From NCBI GenBank assembly GCA_022763735.1, contig JALEQY010000065.1, positions 5,662-69,661 of the forward strand: a stretch of DNA of 64,000 nucleotides, written 5' to 3'. The notes beneath the pieces are model-generated. The model was given only the letters and a program-made list of their open reading frames with translations, did not search any database and was not told where the DNA came from. Below, one piece after another: positions 59,955 through 64,000 of this stretch; position 1 is the stretch's first letter; every line of letters starts with the position of its first letter. The translations under genes and the position numbers were made by a program. This stretch comes from Clostridiales bacterium (GTDB taxonomy: Bacteria > Bacillota > Clostridia > Peptostreptococcales > Anaerovoracaceae).

Positions 59955-59973
59955 CATTTACAAGTGTTATAAT

Positions 59974-60264
59974 TTATTTTGCTTCTTTCTTTGCAGGCAG
60001 AATGTCTTCAACTTCTGCATGTGGTCTAGGGATTACATGAACTGAAATCAGTTCTCCAACCCTCTGAGCTGCAGCAGCACCTGCATCTGTAGCAGCCTTT
60101 ACTGCACCTACGTCTCCTCTAACCATTACAGTTACGAGTCCGCCACCAACGTGTTCCTTACCGATAAGGTAAACATTAGCTGCCTTAACCATAGCATCTG
60201 CTGCTTCGATTGAACCTACTAAACCTTTTGTTTCGATCATTCCCAGTGCATCATACTTTGTCAT
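59974..60264 (-). CDS. BMC-H shell protein (PduA/EutM type)
   Basis: 96 aa ([26 protein letters not shown]...[23 protein letters not shown]...VHVIPRPH). Confidence 0.95.
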   Translation of the reverse strand: MTKYDALGMIETKGLVGSIEAADAMVKAANVYLIGKEHVGGGLVTVMVRGDVGAVKAATDAGAAAAQRVGELISVHVIPRPHAEVEDILPAKKEAK

Positions 60265-60306
60265 CTTTTTTTCCTCCTAAAGATTTTTTAATTTTGAATT
60301 TTAACT

Positions 60307-60960
60307 TTATTTTTTAATTTTAATTTTTGTTGATGAATTAATGTTCATAGCATTGGCTTCTTCTGTGTCAACATGACATTCCAGTGCCGATGCATCATTA
60401 GCCCTTACAGCTACATTTGCATATACTCCGCCTCGAGGACCTTCGATTTCGATATCTACTATCTGCCCGTCATGAACACCGTAGTTTACGGCATCCTGAG
60501 GTGTCATATGTATATGTCTCTGTGCCACTATCAGCCCTTCCTTTGTCTGAACTGATCCTTTCGGACCGATTATCGTTATTCCCGGACTTCCTGCCAGATC
60601 CCCTGACAGCCTTGCCGGTGCTGTGACACCAAGCTTGAAACCGTCACCTGTAAGTATCTCAACCTGTGTTTTACTTCTAACAGGTCCCAGCACTCTTACT
60701 TTTTCTATAGCGCCTTTCGGTCCGCATATAGTTACTGTTTCTTTACATGCGAACTGTCCCGGCTGCGACAGATCCTTTATCGGCGTAAGCTTATAGCCTG
60801 TTCCGAACAGAATATCCAGATCTGTCTGTGAAAGATGCAGATGGCGATTTGAAACTCCTACCGGTATTCCCTCCGGTTTCTGAGTATCTGATGATGCAGA
60901 ATTTGACTGCATTGCTTCAAGAAGCAATCTCAGAACAGCTTCATAATTTTCATTTGCCAT
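60307..60960 (-). CDS. pduL: phosphate acyltransferase PduL
   Basis: 217 aa with two PduL repeats (VGVSNRHLHLSQ and AQRHIHMTPQDA). There is an N-terminal amphipathic helix, YEAVLRLLLEAMQ. Confidence 0.93.
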   Translation of the reverse strand: MANENYEAVLRLLLEAMQSNSASSDTQKPEGIPVGVSNRHLHLSQTDLDILFGTGYKLTPIKDLSQPGQFACKETVTICGPKGAIEKVRVLGPVRSKTQVEILTGDGFKLGVTAPARLSGDLAGSPGITIIGPKGSVQTKEGLIVAQRHIHMTPQDAVNYGVHDGQIVDIEIEGPRGGVYANVAVRANDASALECHVDTEEANAMNINSSTKIKIKK

Positions 60961-60966
60961 CTGTTC

Positions 60967-62634
60967 TTATTCTCCTTTCATTGCTTTTACCAGCGCATTG
61001 ATCATGTCAGTCAGCTGTGCAGCATCGATTGGCTGATCGCTTGCTGACGGTGCTGCCGCATTGGTGCTTCCGCAGCCGCATCCTGTGCCATATGTGATGC
61101 CACAGTTACCATTCTGATATTCTGCTGGTGACAGATATTTGGCACTGCTGCCGCATGATGGTGATGCAGGTGGTACCGGAACCGGTGTTCCGCAGCTTGT
61201 AGTTGTCATACATGGTGCTGCTGCTGAGCATCCGGAATTGAGTTCAGGATGATTGAATGTCGGATCATCAGCTGCCAGAGTCGAACAATTCTTTGTTCCG
61301 TATGCAACCTTCTTGATATTTATAAGATGGAGTGGGCTTACATTCTCTGAAACTGAGCTTCCTCCCCATGTTCCGCATCCAAGTGTGAATGATGGGAGCA
61401 GACCTGTGCTTGCTCCTGTTCCACCCATGCTGCTTCCTGTATTGACAAGAATCCTTGATGCCGGCTTTCTCGTAAACTCTAAAACAACATTTCTGTCTTC
61501 TGTGTGCAGACTCATAGTATGTCCTATACCGTTCTGTAACAGTTCAATACTGAGTTCACAGGCTTCATGCCAGTCTTTTACAACATAGAATCCCAGAACA
61601 CTTGTCAGTTTTTCAAATGAAAGCGGATAACCATCACCTACACCACCCTGAGGTCCGATGAGAACCTTGGTGTTTTCAGGAATGGCAATTCCTGCTGCTG
61701 ATGCAATTACAAACGGTGAACGTCCTACGAATTTAGCATTCATTGCATGTCCGTTTTTGAAAAGCAGTTTGCAGACCTTGTCAGTTTCTTCCGGTGTCAT
61801 GAAGTAGCCGCCCTGACGCTTAAGTTCAGCAATAACGGCTTCTTTGTTGCATTCTTCACATATAATCGACTGCTCTGAAGCACAGATAGTACCATAGTCA
61901 AATGTTTTGCTTGCTATGATATTAGTAACTGCCTGTCTTACATCAGCTGTACGTTCAATGTATGCAGGTGAATTTCCGGCTCCTACACCCAGCGCAGGCT
62001 TTCCGGCGCTGTATGCAGCTTTTACCATTCCAGGTCCGCCTGTCGCGATAATCATCTTAACTTCTTTGCTGTGCATCAGTTCATTAGTAGCCTGCATTGA
62101 AGGCATTGTGATGCATCCGATGATGTTGGCAGGTGCTCCTGCTTCCACTGCAGCTTCGTACATGAGCTGAGCAGCTTTCTGTGTACATTTTGCTGCTGAA
62201 GGATGAGGTGAGAACACGATAGCATTACGTGCTTTAATTGCAATTATTGATTTGAAAATCGCAGTCGATGTAGGGTTTGTCGAAGGAACGATTCCCATCA
62301 GCAGTCCTACAGGATCTGCAACATCCATTGTTCTGGCAACAGGATCTTCACTTATGATACCGCATGTTTTCATATCTTTGATTGCATCATAGAGCAAAGT
62401 GGACGCCATATGATTCTTGTAAGTCTTGTCCTCTACCTTGCCGAAGCCTGTTTCCTCAACAGCCATCTGTGCCAGAGAAACAGCATTTGCTTCTGCTGCT
62501 CTGACCATATTTCGAATGATTCTGTCTATCTGATCTTCATTGTATGTTGCGATCTGTTCTGTTGCAATCTGACCGAGTCTGGCCAGATTTCTCGCTTCTT
62601 GTACAGATCTTAAATCATAATCCATGTTTTCCAT
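60967..62634 (-). CDS. CoA-acylating aldehyde dehydrogenase (EutE/PduP type) with a ~100-aa Cys-rich C-terminal tail
   Basis: The start was trimmed to ATG 62634 (MENMDYDLRSVQEAR) behind AGGAGG. The catalytic Cys lies in DYGTICASEQS. The tail carries 8 Cys and ends in IDAAQLTDMINALVKAMKGE. Confidence 0.92.
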   Translation of the reverse strand: MENMDYDLRSVQEARNLARLGQIATEQIATYNEDQIDRIIRNMVRAAEANAVSLAQMAVEETGFGKVEDKTYKNHMASTLLYDAIKDMKTCGIISEDPVARTMDVADPVGLLMGIVPSTNPTSTAIFKSIIAIKARNAIVFSPHPSAAKCTQKAAQLMYEAAVEAGAPANIIGCITMPSMQATNELMHSKEVKMIIATGGPGMVKAAYSAGKPALGVGAGNSPAYIERTADVRQAVTNIIASKTFDYGTICASEQSIICEECNKEAVIAELKRQGGYFMTPEETDKVCKLLFKNGHAMNAKFVGRSPFVIASAAGIAIPENTKVLIGPQGGVGDGYPLSFEKLTSVLGFYVVKDWHEACELSIELLQNGIGHTMSLHTEDRNVVLEFTRKPASRILVNTGSSMGGTGASTGLLPSFTLGCGTWGGSSVSENVSPLHLINIKKVAYGTKNCSTLAADDPTFNHPELNSGCSAAAPCMTTTSCGTPVPVPPASPSCGSSAKYLSPAEYQNGNCGITYGTGCGCGSTNAAAPSASDQPIDAAQLTDMINALVKAMKGE

Positions 62635-62672
62635 AATTATGGCACCTCCTTTATTTTTTATAATATGCTGCA

Positions 62673-63293
62673 TCAGCTGTAGTATTTTCTGAATTCCTCA
62701 ATCAGAGCTGTTTTGTTTGCTTTTGATACATCTCTTCCTGAAATTCCAAAGTCTTTGTATTCTCTGGCAAGATTTCGCAGTTTTACAACCTTGCATCTGT
62801 TGATGATTTCGACAGCCTTGTCAATACCCTTTTCGGCTACCAGTCTGTCCATATCATCCTTGTGCATCTCAGCAGCATCCTTGATTTCATCAGTTTCTGC
62901 CGGCATTGCAGTTTCCTGCAGCTCAGCAGTTTCAGATGGTTCATTATTATCTGTATCCGGTTCTTCTGCTATTTCATTGAACTCCTCTGTTTTTTCCGAG
63001 TGAAGCTCTGCCAGAGGTACTGGTGATATAATGGTTTCACCCAGTTCGCTATGAGGTCTTGGAATTACATGCTGAGAAACAAGCAGTTCTGCCCCGAGTC
63101 TGTTAACGGCTGCAGCTGCTGCATCTATCGATGCTTTAACTGCGGCAACATCACCTGTAATAGTTACAGTTACAAGTCCACCTCCAACGAAGGTCCTTTC
63201 AAGAAGTCTCACTTCCGCCGCCTTCATCATAGCATCGGCACTTTCTATAGCAGCAAGAAGACCTCTGGTTTCTATCATTCCAAGTGCTTCCAT
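62673..63293 (-). CDS. BMC-H shell protein with a 114-aa C-terminal extension
   Basis: 206 aa. The BMC domain (ALGMIETRGLLAAIESADAMMKAAEV...GGGLVTVTITGDVAAVKASIDA...QHVIPRPH) is followed by an acidic linker and a basic helical C-terminus. AAGGAGG lies upstream. Confidence 0.9.
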   Translation of the reverse strand: MEALGMIETRGLLAAIESADAMMKAAEVRLLERTFVGGGLVTVTITGDVAAVKASIDAAAAAVNRLGAELLVSQHVIPRPHSELGETIISPVPLAELHSEKTEEFNEIAEEPDTDNNEPSETAELQETAMPAETDEIKDAAEMHKDDMDRLVAEKGIDKAVEIINRCKVVKLRNLAREYKDFGISGRDVSKANKTALIEEFRKYYS

Positions 63294-63308
63294 TGGTCAA
63301 CCTCCTTA

Positions 63309-63953
63309 TTAGTGGGTAGCGTAGAATACCTTCACTTTGTCAGGTGAGCCGAAAGAAAGCTTAGCGCCGTTCTGGAAGAAAAGTGCGTCTCCAGGGTGAG
63401 CAGTAAATACTGTTCCATCCTTTTCTACAGTCAGTGTGCCTTCAACAACATAATAGATTTCTTCACATGCTACATCCCATGGGAAGCTGCATTTTTCTAT
63501 AGTCATGAAACCTGCATTCATCGAAGAACCATCAGATGAGCCGATAAGTTCATTATAGAACACTTTGTCTGAAGGATTCCCAGTGTCAAGAGGTTCCCAT
63601 TTTGCAGTATTGCCTCTTACAAGCTTTACGTAACCTTCGGGATCTTTCTCTGATACATATGGTACATCCTGACATGCAGCCATTACATTGCCAAGCATTC
63701 CTTTTTCCATCAGCGCAGTCAGTGCTTTATAAATCAGTTCACTGTCTATACCGCTCTGGCTCTGGGCTGCCGGCTTTTCTGCAGTATTATCACTGCAGCA
63801 TTTGCATGGTGCATCAGTAGAGAATTCAATACCACGTTCAGCAGCTGCATCTTTGGCAGATGGTGTGATTAAAGTATCTGCATCAATATACATTACCTTT
63901 TCACCTTTTTGAGCTAAAGCTTCAACTTCTTTAGCACAAATCAGCTTTTTCAT
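63309..63953 (-). CDS. EutQ-like cupin protein
   Basis: The ATG at 63953 (MKKLICAKEV) has an AAGGA RBS, whereas the track start at 63971 has none. The C-terminal cupin is EIYYVVEGTLTVEKDGTVFTAHPGDALFFQNGAKLSF. The N-terminus carries an LITPSAKDAAAERGIEF motif. Confidence 0.8.
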   Translation of the reverse strand: MKKLICAKEVEALAQKGEKVMYIDADTLITPSAKDAAAERGIEFSTDAPCKCCSDNTAEKPAAQSQSGIDSELIYKALTALMEKGMLGNVMAACQDVPYVSEKDPEGYVKLVRGNTAKWEPLDTGNPSDKVFYNELIGSSDGSSMNAGFMTIEKCSFPWDVACEEIYYVVEGTLTVEKDGTVFTAHPGDALFFQNGAKLSFGSPDKVKVFYATH

Positions 63954-64000
63954 GCCGTCACATCCTTTCATATTATTTTGTATGACCTGTATTATTCATC

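Noticed and set aside
14994-62673. Long N-terminal extensions in the ORF track, with ends at 15118, 15455, 22928, 25178, 37468, 43699, 49643, 56243, 57912, 62673, 63971 and 9090.
   Set aside because: These are longest-ORF artefacts. Each extension overlaps the preceding gene or lacks an RBS, while an internal ATG/TTG with a good Shine-Dalgarno sequence gives a conventional N-terminus.
1-64000. CRISPR arrays, IS elements, toxin-antitoxin pairs or recognisable phage-defence systems.
   Set aside because: No direct-repeat/spacer periodicity, transposase-like ORFs or small paired ORFs were seen. Intergenic space is minimal, with the largest gap at 164 nt.

Overview
This is a gene-dense 64-kb chromosomal segment in which all ~59 protein genes and the single tRNA read on the minus strand. 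Gene content and order point to an endospore-forming Firmicute of the class Clostridia: spoIIIAA-AH, asp23-nusB-xseAB-ispA-dxs-tlyA, mutS-mutL-miaA, nadD-yqeK-rsfS-leuS, hisS-aspS, relA-dtd, secDF-yajC and mltG-OMT-U32. That taxonomic call is an inference, since no search was possible. Most of the window is ordinary housekeeping, but two accessory regions stand out. (1) At 20.2-25.9 kb lies an orphan glycyl-radical enzyme (GCVEP Cys loop, RVAGYS glycyl motif) with its radical-SAM activase, a LuxR-type regulator and a QueG/RdhA-like Fe-S protein. The GRE carries an N-terminal HCxxC and an internal CxxCxxxCx6C insertion that I do not associate with characterised GREs. (2) At 55.0-64.0 kb lies the downstream part of a bacterial microcompartment (metabolosome) locus. 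It encodes a EutQ-like cupin, a BMC-H shell protein with an acidic plus helix-hairpin tail, an acylating aldehyde dehydrogenase with a Cys-rich tail ending in an amphipathic helix, PduL, and a second BMC-H. Across only a 77-nt hairpin-containing gap, this locus runs into a tightly packed block of cooS (Ni-CODH), a monomeric [FeFe]-hydrogenase, an SMR transporter and an Fe-alcohol dehydrogenase. A metabolosome operon with an embedded CODH/hydrogenase pair is the most unusual arrangement here. Its signature enzyme lies beyond the right edge. Smaller observations are a 56-codon spoIIIAF (absent from the ORF track) next to a short spoIIIAG, an RND pump with a ~200-aa coiled-coil insertion and no partner genes, and a tyrosine recombinase translationally coupled to a GLUG-repeat surface protein. 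All family calls come from motif recognition by eye. Many starts were trimmed from the longest-ORF track using RBS and overlap logic and remain uncertain. Coordinates include stop codons.
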